Of a DNA stretch of 64,000 nt, positions 47,501 through 59,739 are shown in pieces. The translations under genes were made by a program, and so were the position numbers. The stretch covers positions 372,001 through 436,000 of the forward strand of contig CDRNST010000229.1 in assembly GCA_977016875.1 (NCBI GenBank), read 5' to 3'. The notes beneath the pieces are model-generated. The model was not told where the DNA came from, did no database searches, and saw nothing but the letters and a program-made list of their open reading frames with translations. This DNA comes from Pavona decussata. Lineage: Eukaryota. Numbering within the stretch: position 1 is the stretch's first letter; each line of letters starts with the position of its first letter.

Positions 47501-50500
47501 CACTGCTCCTGCAATAACACACCATCGGCAATCCAGATCTGACAGGTATCCTCGAAGTATAGGAGTACCTGCTGAGAGTGCCATCTGCAGGAAAAACCGG
47601 GAAGCAATAATCATATATGTGTAGTGTGAGTCAACACAAGCACATTGGAACAACGAAGCATGGTACTTGTGTTGTTTAATATATTATTGGTTCTGAGGCA
47701 TTAGGTGTACCTTGGAGAAAGACCTTTCACCCCCTAACTGTACCCCAGAGTCATGTAAAGAACGTTAATGAAAGAACCCAAACAAGAACGCTGTTTTATG
47801 TTTAAAATTAAACTCACCACAATTGGTGTGACAACTGCAAGCTGATCATAGAGGTACCTTGCTTCACTGATGCTGCATGCTTGGAAAGTCATCTGGTGTG
47901 ATGTTTCAAAATGATAGCACATCAGTTACATAAACAAAAGTATCATGATACAACACGTGTACATCACATTTCTGGGCAAGAAAGAAAGACAAACCCACCT
48001 TCACCCAAAAGTCTTTACGCACCATGGGTGCATGTTGTTGAATTTCGTGTAACACGAAATTGTATCTGAGCAGGTTGTCTTTCAAAATCCATTTACTCTG
48101 GGGCCGTTTTAAGGATACTTGTTCACAAGCTTAGAATTTATTCTTTCATTTCAGGTTATTGCTCTCTTCAATTACTTTGTAATTGTGCTGGCAAAAATAA
48201 TTAGATGACTTTTTATTCCTGTTCAATACTTTGCCAGCTGTCAGTGACATCCTCAGCTGCTGTGCGGGTGTCCCTAAGGGCTCAGCTCAGAGACTGTTTG
48301 TATATCTTGTATTCTGAAGCAAAGAGGTGGGAGGATTTGGAATGCCTCCTTTCATATAACCGTACTGTAAGTTTGATCAGTTCCATTTGATTTTGCTTGT
48401 CGACCTGGTTGATGTACAGCTGCAAGCTTAAATAGAGTTGCAAACATATAAACTGAAAGGAAAATTATCAATTGGTGCAATTTGTCTGATCCGATTATTT
48501 AGAATACTCTTGTAAAGATTTTTACAGTAATGGGAATATTCTGATAAACTGATCAGATCATAAGACTGAACAATTGAAGTATTTGTAAACAATAACAAAT
48601 GAATGGAAAGCCTTTTGGGTAAAGATACGCATATAAACATCATGCATGTATGATAAGCACAGAGAAGTTAGACTACCTGAAGACAGCACATCCCCATACC
48701 AAAACCCATGGCATCTAAATAGATATGGTCTGGTTTGGCAGCTTGTGCACCTTCTCCTTCAACATCAGGGAACTTTTCAATAAATGGTGATGGAGTATTC
48801 ACATCCTTAAAGACTGTCAATGAAACATACATTAACCAGCCCATTAGAATAATAATTATCACTTCATTTGATTCATAAAGAACTGAGTGGCAGGGAACAC
48901 ACTGTACAGGGCTCAAAATAATGGCCAGTCATCGGACAATGTCCAGTCAAGATGACAATTTTTCCGGACAACATTTTGGCTCGGCGGTCATTTTGACCAG
49001 TCACGTACACGGCTTTCAAATAAATAACTAGAAAGTTTTGTGTTAAATAGAACGAAGAGGTCATTGCCTGTGGAAATGCAAATAGCGAATGTAAGTGATA
49101 CTTTTAGTGATCAAAACTTTTGTACAAGTCATGAACTCTTTAGCAACAAGTTTCTGAGCGTACGAGGCAATATTTTTGCCTTAATTGGCTATTACACAGT
49201 ACTTTACATGTAAAATAAATATTTTCAATATTTTGACTGGTCAGAAACGAGAAATGACCGAGCTAAAATTTGTTTGGCCAGTCAACATGACCGGCAACTG
49301 TCCAAAAATTATTTTGAGCCCTGCTGTACAGTATATGGCCAATAGAAGTGCAGGGTAATGTGGCCTTTATGAGTATCTAAATTGGAATTATCAGATCAAA
49401 GTGAAATTTGTGGAGGGCAGGGAAAACTGTACCAGTCTAACATACAAAAAAGAACCTGTGAGAGAGAGGGGTAAGGGGGAGTGCTCTGATCTCCACAGTG
49501 TGCTAATCCCTGCTCCTCAACAAAGAAAAGAAAACAAGGCAAATGAAGTCTGTACAACCAGGGTGAGCACACTTGTGGCTTTACACTGTTCGCAAGCAGT
49601 AAGTGGAGGTTTGACTTAAAACAGTGCAGAATTATTCTGCAAGTTTAACCTTCAGAACAAACAAGCAGACATGTAAATGAAACAATTGTGAAACACTACA
49701 CAAGAAAATATTATTTTAAGCTCTTACTTGGAACATTGATGCAAACTTTTGAGCCTCTTCGCTCTCTGATATTCTGGGTTAGGGTGCTAAAACATAAACA
49801 TTGGTAAATTTTTATTTAGGAGTTCATTATAACTAAGTGATGGACACGAAAGCAAACTTTTACCAGGTATCCAGTTGTCATATGCTAGACAGGTTTCATT
49901 AGAATTTTGAACAGATGGACAAAGCATTGGTGCGCCAGTAACTTGGATATTACATTACTTTAATAATTATCAATGCACTAGGTCAGTTGAGATATTTAAA
50001 GCAGCTAATTGAAGCCATGTTCACAGATGGCCAACTTGCCATCTGCCTAGCCCTTTCAAAAAACCCTGCATGCCCAGCTTTGAAAAACAAAAAATTCATG
50101 TGGCTAAATGTAATTTAGGCAAGGTTAAAGTCAGCTCAATGCCTGTCAGCAGTCGCCTCTTGTCACGGCTCAGGGGAGACCTTTGAGCTCTCTGCTAGGA
50201 GGCGCCCCATGGTTTGCATTGCATTTGCTTGCTTGCTGGCCTATGAGAAAGGTCATTTTGCTTGCCTTATTTTCAAGCCCCCTTATTCTTTCCCCTCTCC
50301 GCCCTCCCTTTGGTAAGTAGTGGGTCTGATTGGGTTCAGTGTGACGGTGCCGTTGGTGGTGGCCACTTGCAGGGTTGCCATGGATACCTCCTTCCCCCCG
50401 CCTGATTGCTGCTTGGCTCCACCAACCTTCTAGGCACCAGCTCGCAAGCTTGATCTATTGTTGATGAGTTTAATGCCAAAATTCCCTCAATCTGCTAAAA

Positions 50501-53500
50501 CATCAACCATGCCTATTGGACACCTGATTTAGTTTATTTGTCAGACTGAGGACCTCATGTGTGTGGAAGTGATTATTTCCTATTAATACCATGCATAATA
50601 TTGACATCTTGATGGTGCTTAAAAAAAGGCTTATTCACAGGAAGTACAAAATAATGTTTTAAAATGCACACAAACAAGATGAGTTTAGTAAAATGGTTTT
50701 ACCTGAATCTTGGATGTCCCTGGAAAATAGCCTGATCAGGGAAAAACATTGAGCTTGATATGCCTGTACCTGGGGTGGGCTCAAAGCTTGGATATGTGAA
50801 GTTTGGGCATCCCATTCTGAAAACAAATAAGTCATATGTGGGTACATTGTATAAAAGTACACACATTAATTTTATCGCTACCTCACACCCACTGGCTGGT
50901 GCACCCATTTTATTCACATTGTAGAGATAAACCACTGATTAAGGCTGCATTATTTAAAGGTCCAAACTGCAAATACATAACCAGTTATTGCTTTAAAAAT
51001 TATTTGATTTGAAAATGGAAATTTCCAAAGTTAAAATCTTTATTAAAATGAACTACATTGTATGCTTTCAGTGGTTTGACTACTCTTCACCATTGCCAAT
51101 GTTTTCCTTAAGTTTGTAATTACCTCTTTTTCACATACACACACCATGATGTTTTAACTGAAGTATAAATTAATGATGTATGAGTCTGGAAAAACAAATT
51201 TCGTTTCTAGTTCAAGTTCTGGTCATTCAGAATTGGCTCCCACATTTCAAGTTGTTTAATATGATTGTTCAGATTTCTCATTACATGACGTTGTTCATGT
51301 AATGATTTAAATCCTATAGGAGCTTATCTTTCTTTTTAAGATCCATTTCTCTGCTCACAATCTTGGCACCCTCCCAATCAAAGTCTTGTATGCATTTTAC
51401 ATGTGCACAGGAACCTGCTGCAGGTAGGCCTCTGTCTTCCTTTCCCATTTGCTGTTTAGCAAAGGAAAGTTTTCCTAGTTGTATATTAATCATTCTCTGT
51501 CAGCCTAACTTTGCTCATATGTTCATGCAATGTCTTTCCAATGTACACAGAACTAATTGACCGGCTCAAATGGGATTTTGTATACAACATGAGTATTCAA
51601 CTTCTGTGCACAGACAAGAAAAAGTGAAACATAAATAATTTTAAAGATTTTAACCCAGGAAATCCCATTTTAAAGCAACTAATTTTTAATTAAAGTTTAG
51701 ATGATAAGAGATAAAAGTTTCAGAAAAACTATCAGTTGCTTTCTGCATGATTCCTAATAATAATAACAATCTTAATAGGATGCTCCATCACAAGAGTGGT
51801 TTACATAGAGGTCCTATTACTAGATCTTTATTATATGATGCAATTAAAATATAAAAAATTTAAGCTAAAATTGATATATATGATACAACTAAAATATAAA
51901 AAAATTAAGCTAAAATCGAGATATGCATGATTGAAGGTACATTTATTTTATTTGAGTCATGTTGGTAACTTACACATGGTTTAAATCATTCTTACCCTTA
52001 CAGTGTAGGTGATTACTTCCTAAATTATGCAGCACTTTTTTAAAACCTACATGTACATGTACTACCATTTGTTACAAAGGATACTGTAACTGCACTTTTA
52101 CCTTGGAAATGTAACAACTGATTGAACTGTTTCTCCAGGTTCGTTCAGGTTCTTTTGGATTTCTTCTCGCCTGTTGGCCAACATGTAAAAAGCAGGTAAG
52201 TAAATGACAATGTTGGCCCATCAACTAAAGCTGATTTTTTTTTTTTTTTACATTTTCCATTTGTACCAATTACATTTCCAAGAGGGACATGACTATTTTT
52301 GCAGTTGATTTTAATGCAGGAGTACTGTGTCTCAATTTGAAATAAATCAATAAAATATTACAGATACAGCAAGGCAGATAAAATTTGTTACAGTGTTAGT
52401 CTATCTCACTTTGCTAAAGAGTGATCAGTCTAATAATAATAACATTAGGACAATGGAGATTTTGGGTCCAGCCAGCATGCAGGCCTCTATCTATGTACCT
52501 TAGCTTCATGTTTGCCTCTATCATGTTGAAATGCCTCATGCACCCACCTAGTGGCTGACCAGGTGTTCCTATGAGAGAAAAACAGTAAACAACCACCAAA
52601 AAAATAATAAACATGCATTGTACATAGTAATTATAATAACAACAACAACAATAATCTGATGATGATAATTTTTTTAAAAACCAGAAAAGATTTATTGCTC
52701 GACGTTTCAGGGTCATCGTGCCTTTGCTTCAGCAAATCCCTCCTGATCAAATAATCTTTTTAACCCATAACGCACCGTGCCGGCCAAAACTGGCCGTGAT
52801 TTCACGCACATCTGCGCGCATTACGCGATTTGAGCCTACCTCCCCTAGAAGGGAATTTTTTGTCCTTTATTGTTCTCATTGTCTTCAGAAAGGACTGACC
52901 AATCAGAATCCACTTACTGCGCATATATTTTTAGGTCTTAGGGGGGCCTAGACAAAAGAGCTTTTTGTCTTTAGAAAGTAGTGTCCGATTTCAATTTTTG
53001 TTGCCTTGTGGGCCGCGCGGCTAAATATTTAGTCGCCGATTTTCGCGTTTTGCGAAGGAAAACACACCTTTTTGAAATGGTAAATCGAAAGAAGAACTGC
53101 TAAGGAATACTCAACAGTTTCGATAGCGGAAATCCGAGAAATAACGGCGAAGAAATTGTGCTTCGAGTACGAATTGTTGTTTTATCCAAGCGATGAGCGA
53201 GCAGACAGCTCAAATCATTATTCAGGCCACGGACTTTCTGCGAAATTTGAGAGTACTTCTTGGAATTCAACAGCCAAAAAATTACAGGTTTGATTGTGAA
53301 TCTGTACTGAAATACTAATTCTAATTGACCGATTCTTTGTATTCTGAATAGTTTTTGCGAAATATTTGAAAAACGTGCCCCGCACGGGTCGTAATGATTT
53401 TTATGATGATGACGATGCCTGGTAGTCATGGAGATAACCTGGTTGCAATGACCAGAGAATGGTGAGTTAACAATGTGTTGACGATTAAGAAAAAAATGGT

Positions 53501-56500
53501 TTGACAAGTTTAAAATCAGTTCAATCAAGGGATAAAAATGTACAGAGTATCAAATCTGCCGTCCTTTAAATTCAATTAAAGTTTAGTTTAATCAGCCTTA
53601 GAACAATCCATGATCTGATGTGTGAATATGGACATATGAAACATCATACATGAACTGCAGATGAAAGATTAAATGTACTGTAGGAGAAAGATCCTCGCAG
53701 TTAGTACACAAATAACAAAGCCATTATTTTTCAGGCTTTCTTTTCGCACATCTGAAGATCTGATCGGTAGGTCAGCAGTTTGTGAATGGAGTACTGTCTG
53801 TAACACTTGGTACTGTTTCCAATAATTAAAGTATCTCTCTGGGAGGGACAGCAGAGGGGGGGGGGGGGGGGGGGAGAGGAGGTGTACAATGTAAGTTGTC
53901 AACATATGGCAGACGTTATAAACCCCATCTTGGATCTACAGCATCTATTTAATTAATAATTTGTACATCTCTTCTGGATAAAAGTAAATGAAAGTACACT
54001 TAAGTGTTTATAGTACTGCATTGGTTACAAAACCTGACAAACCATGCATAAATTAATGGTACTAATTTGCTGTATTTAATAAATTTATACTTTTCTGGAC
54101 CATGATTGAATAAGATTTTACATGTACCTTCCACCATATAGGCAGCATATTCAGGTCTCCATGCTGTCTTGATAGTGCTGCAGAAAAAAAAAAAAAGAAT
54201 AAAATCACCATCACCAAGCATAACAAAAGAATGACAACTAATATCAAATACCAAATTCTCCTATCTTAACCCATACTTCAATCTATAAATACTATGGTGT
54301 CTAGTTATTAAAATATCAGGAAAATTCACCTTGGGTGATCATATCCTTAATTCTCATGACCTCAGGGGTTGAATAAGAATTGATATTAAAAGGAGAAATT
54401 TGATGCTGATCACTGTTAGAGCTTAAATGGTTTAAGTGGTGTAACCAAGTAAGTACATGTATTCAACGAACTTGAGACAACATCTTATTAGAAAAACAAT
54501 ATTACAACACAAACAGAACATAATGCAAAAAAGTTGGGTGGCAGGGGCGTAGAGCTACTCTAGAGATGCAGGGGACCAGGAGAGGGGGCCTTCCTAGAAG
54601 ATGACCAGATCTGGTGGTACTAGGGCCTAGCCACTCTGGGTAAGTCCAGAAATCATTGTAATTCATGAGCATTGCACATCAAATGGAACAAAAATATCTT
54701 AAAATAAGTATTACGTGCTGCAAGCTTTTGCATGTCCAGACTCAAAACTGCAAAGACTTGCCTCAACATTCTTGAAACTTTACTCAAAACTAGATTCTCA
54801 ATAATTTAGAGATTGAAAATAGCAGTTGGAGATGCAAGGATGAAGATGTGAGGGACTGTCAAGTTTCATTAATAAATAATGTACACTATACTTACTAATT
54901 ATTTACCCAACAGAGGCTTGGATGGCAGCAGTTAAAACTTAATTCCACAAGATGGTTTGGGACTGGGGCTTTTGAGTCACTATTCAGTCCAAGACAGGGA
55001 TGCCTTGAAACAACTACAAGTCTGTACATAATTTATGTGAAAATGTACAGTTCATTTAATTCATTTATATTCATACATCATGTAACTAATATTATAATTA
55101 TAATAATTATTATTATTAAAGGGTGGGAATGACCTGGGTCACCACAAATCACCCTTCTGCTGAGTACATGGTTGAATTGATATATACCTGGATTTATGAA
55201 AACATAGCTCCAGAAATTTAACCTTAAATTATGTTAGTTTTCCTTGTGAGATTTTATTTATGTATTTATTTATATTTTTTTCATTTTTCTTTTGATTCTA
55301 AGTCTATAGGTAGAAAGCATACATTAGCAGACATTCACGAAATAAGAATAGTTTTCTCTCACCCCCCCCCCCTCCCTGCCTGTTTTGCTAACTAGCCCCA
55401 CTCTCTCTCTCTCTCTTGAATGTCTTTCAAATGCACAATAATTTGGCTTTGAATTTGGCGCGCGCTCTGAGCTCAGTAATAAGTCATTACACTTAGTGTT
55501 TTGTTTGGCTTCCTGAAGCAATTTTCTCCTGAGGACATCATTAAGTCTAGTGAGGGAAACAGTCTTACGAGTGCAGCTCCTGCCTCGTCTAATATCCTCC
55601 CTTCTACATAGTACTCTATTGAGCTAAACAGGTAATTTTCAGATACTCGGGAACAGACTAAGGGTTGCATATTGTGAGCTTTGCTTGAGGAGGTAACAGT
55701 CTTTGGCCGTAGGGGGTAGGTCTTAGGGATGATTTCTGGTCAGACAATGTGAAATTATCAAGAATTTTTGACTTAGTATTTTTTTTTCTGGTTAAAAATG
55801 ACGCTTCCCTTTCCCGTCCAAATGTTGATTTCAACATCCGGGACTTAGAGTAAAATGGCCAGCAAGAGAAAGAATTGCTGTGGATATTCTCTTCAAAAAG
55901 CATGAGTTTGAAAAGCAATTAGATTATTTTTTCACCCTTATAACTGTAGCGATGTTAGGCTAGTGATCGATTACTCCTGAAGTGGCATTTTGCATGGGAT
56001 TTCTGCTCGAAAGTGTCATAAATAATTTCCAGATGTTCAATTGCAATGGTTTGCATCCAGCATGAATCTAGTGTGAAGATGAAAAATCAATTTAAAATGC
56101 TGTCTTCCTCTGATAAAGCAGTTTTGTTCGTGGAAAGCTAAACTTGAGTGCTAAAAGACCAGGTTTTAGGTGAGATTTTAGATGCATTGGCACGGTTAAC
56201 CTTGATAATTTAGCAACAATTATTGTTGCTAAATATTGTAACACGTTTTGTAGGATCACAGGTCATGTTTCCGCATTTCATGCAGATGTCAGTGTCATGT
56301 CTAATTCCAAAGAAAAGACACTTTTTTCCCTCACATGCTACCCTTTGACCTTGCTTTCTTGCGATGAACCCTAATTGAAGTCTTGTTAATGACTAGGATA
56401 TTCCTTCAGCCTAGAAAGTCTCAAAACGTGCCCAATTTCTGTGGGCTATGTTTTCATAAATCCAGGTATATAATATATATGGAGGGAGGTGAAATGTAGG

Positions 56501-59500
56501 TTTGACTGCCACTGAGGACTTGTGATATACTGACAACTATGTTCTATTATATTATTCTCATCTAAAAACCTAGCAGGCTATTAATTTTACCTGGGATTTC
56601 TCAACTCCTCAAGCTGCAAGACATCCAAAACTTCCTTTGCTCTTAAGTTGCTGTAAACCTTCTTGTTTTCATGGTCAAATTTTAACAATGTGTACTCCAC
56701 CTACAAACAAGAAATTACAATGTGTAAGTTGGATCAATTTACGTAAATTGCAACATGTACAGAACTTCGCCGCCCGAATAATAAGTGGAAAGAGAAAATT
56801 TGATCACATTACTCCAGTGCTACGGGAATTACGCTGGCTAACTGTAACACAGCAACTTTACCTAAGAGACGCTGTTTTTACTTTCAAATGTATGACGGGT
56901 TGCGCCCCTGACTACCTTACATCCAAGCTAGTTACCAGGGGCCAAGCTTCCGGTTGCGTGACGCGAAATTCACAACAGTTGAATATCCCTTTATTCAGAA
57001 CAGCCAAGGCCATCAAGTCCCTCAAGTCAGGCAAGGCAGCAGGACCGGACGGAATACCACCTGAAGCCCTCAAGGCTGACGTCCAGACCTCAACCGACAT
57101 GCTGCACCCCCTACTCACCAAGATCTGGGAAGAGGAACAAGTTCCAGAGGACTGGAAACGAGGACACCTAGTGAAGCTACCAAAGAAAGGGGACCTCTCA
57201 CAATGCAACAACTGGAGGGGAATTATGCTGCTTTCTATACCGGGCAAAGTACTGAGCAGAATCATCCTAGAGAGACTGAAAACCGCCTTAGACAAGAAAC
57301 TCCGGGACGAACAGGCAGGATTTCGACAAAACCGCTCATGCACGGACCACATCGCAACCTTACGGATCATCATCGAACAGTCCCTGGAGTGGCAGACCCC
57401 CCTGTACACAGTTTTCGTGGACTTCCAGAAGGCGTTTGACAGTGTTAATCGAGACGTCATCTGGAAACTGATGTACCATTATGGATTTCCACCAAAGTTT
57501 GTCACCATCATACAGCAGATGTACGAAGACGCCACCTGTCAAGTGATCCACGACGGGAAACTGACGGAACCATTCACCGTGCATACCGGCGTACGTCAGG
57601 GTTGTCTACTCTCACCGACGATTTTCCTGATGGTGGTTGACTGGGTTATGCGACAGTCTACAGCAGGCCGGAGGACAGGTATCCAGTGGACTTTTACTAG
57701 ACAGCTGGAGGACTTGGACTTCGCAGACGACATCAGCCTTCTCTCCCATAGGCATCAAGACGCACAAGAGAAGCTCTGTCGTGTGGCAGAAGAAGCAGTA
57801 AAGACTGGACTCCAAATCAACATTGGAAAGACTGAGGCCATGAGAGTGAACAACAAGCAGCAAGATCCACTACAGCTAAACCAAGAGAACATCAAAGAAG
57901 TTGACAAGTTTGTTTACCTGGGCAGCGTCGTGAGTAAAGACGGGGGGACAGACGAAGACATCAAGTGCCGAATCAACAAAGCCAGACACGCCTTCAACAC
58001 CTTGAGACCAATCTGGAGATCAACAGCCCTCTCACTCCGCAACAAGATCCGCATTTTCAACACCAACGTGAAGTCAGTCCTGCTTTATGGCTCAGAAACG
58101 TGGAGAGTGACCAAGACCAGCACCCACAAACTTCAGACTTTTACCAACAGATGCCTCAGAAACATCCTCAACATCAGATGGCCAGAGACTATCTCCAACG
58201 AACAGCTGTGGGCAACAACAAATCAGACCCCAATGGAGACTGAAATCAAGAAGAGAAAATGGAGCTGGATTGGCCATACTTTGCGGAAGCCTGAAACCAA
58301 CATCACCAGACAGGCTTTAGACTGGAATCCACAGGGGAAGCGCAAAGTTGGTCGCCCGAAGCAGACCTGGCGGAGAAGCATTGAAGCCGAGACGAAGTCT
58401 ACCGGAATGTCGTGGGCCGAACTGAAGAGGACGAGCCAAAACCGAGTGCGTTGGAGGAGTGTCGTTGCGGCCCTATGTTCCTCGAGGAATCCAGAGGCAT
58501 AAGCAAGCAGAACAGCTACCGGTCAGCGGTCCTTCCAGTACAGAGCTGTCAGTTTATGGAACAGCTTAGATAAAGATCTTAAACTTAGTGAAAATCATGA
58601 GGTTTTTAAGCGTAAACTTAAGCATGTATTGCGGGACACTTAGGTATTTATAGACTTTCGATTAGTAATTTTCTACCTTTTATGTATTGTTCTTATATGT
58701 ATACAGCTATTTCAATTAACGTTGTCGGATTAAAATCAAGCTAAAAGACAAGACCGCAATGTTTTGTGGGATTATTTTTTAAGAATAATTTCATCAAAAT
58801 CATCCCTGCACGTGCAGGTCATTGTAGTGCTAATTACAACCTATTGTTTTCTTCAGGCATGACTGATTTTAATGAATTTATTCATAAAAATCCCACGTAA
58901 ACTTTCAGTCTTGTCTTTTAGCTTCATGCCTTTGAACCGACAACGTTAGTTGAAATAGCTGTATATAATTAATTTACCTTATTTTCATTTTAAACATGAT
59001 GCATTGATCACCGAAAAGCCCCTCTGGGGAGTGTTCAATAAAGTATTATCATTATCATTATTATCAATCAAAGCTGAAAATTCCCTTCAAAAGAGAAAAA
59101 ACAACTACTTAAAACAAGAAATGCATTGCCTAGGTTACTGTAAGAAGGAGTACAACATAAAAATTGAAAAAAAAGCTCTGTTGTTGACGATCTTGTGAGG
59201 TTCAAATTCCTTTTTTTAAATCTTCAACGGATTTCTTGCTGTGTCTGCACGTCAAACTACTGTAATAGCCTAGTGAAAAACAAGTGTTATCGAATTTCAG
59301 CTTGCTGTCGTTGAAAATGAATATTGGGTGAAGCATTTGTCTTCCCTTCCAAAGCTATAACATGGGGTTTTTAGATTTTTTATTAGCCCAGCCCACCATA
59401 TGGTGGGGGAAAAGAAAAAATTGCAAATAGCAGTAGCTTGTATGAACCATAGACCTAGTTATGCAAAAATGGAGGACATTAATATTAATACTCCTTTGTT

Positions 59501-59550
59501 TGCATTCAAAAACCCCTACTAATCTCCTAATATTCTTTCGATCTTTGAAC

Positions 59551-59583
<33 letters not shown>

Positions 59584-59708
59584 GCATTCTGCGCATCTCG
59601 AGATACTCGGGTTTCCTTGATGGGTGGTGCTAGCTAATATAGGGATATTTTTGCACGGTTTAAAACTATTCGGTGAAAGCAGAACTTAACAAATGCTTTT
59701 GGTATCTC

Positions 59709-59739
<31 letters not shown>

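Larger units (their letters stand above)
56735..59065 (+). mobile_element. 5'-truncated L2/CR1-type LINE 3' fragment, split by an RTE and a MITE
   Basis: [32 protein letters not shown]...IPLFRTA continues after the RTE as [17 protein letters not shown]...FKRKLK. The 3' terminus has a hairpin (CCCC-TCT-GGGG), AATAAA and a (TTATCA)n tail at about 59018-59065. Confidence 0.82.

Noticed and set aside
52690-52740. Penelope-type minimal hammerhead ribozyme (similar relic near 44995-45025)
   Set aside because: The catalytic core is mutated (CTGAAGC instead of CTGANGA; GAAA is absent in the second) and the stems are poorly paired.
56637-58502. 621-aa ORF as a single host gene
   Set aside because: It is a chance fusion of the antisense of GCLC exon 2, an L2/CR1 fragment and a TSD-flanked RTE; the start codon is TTG.
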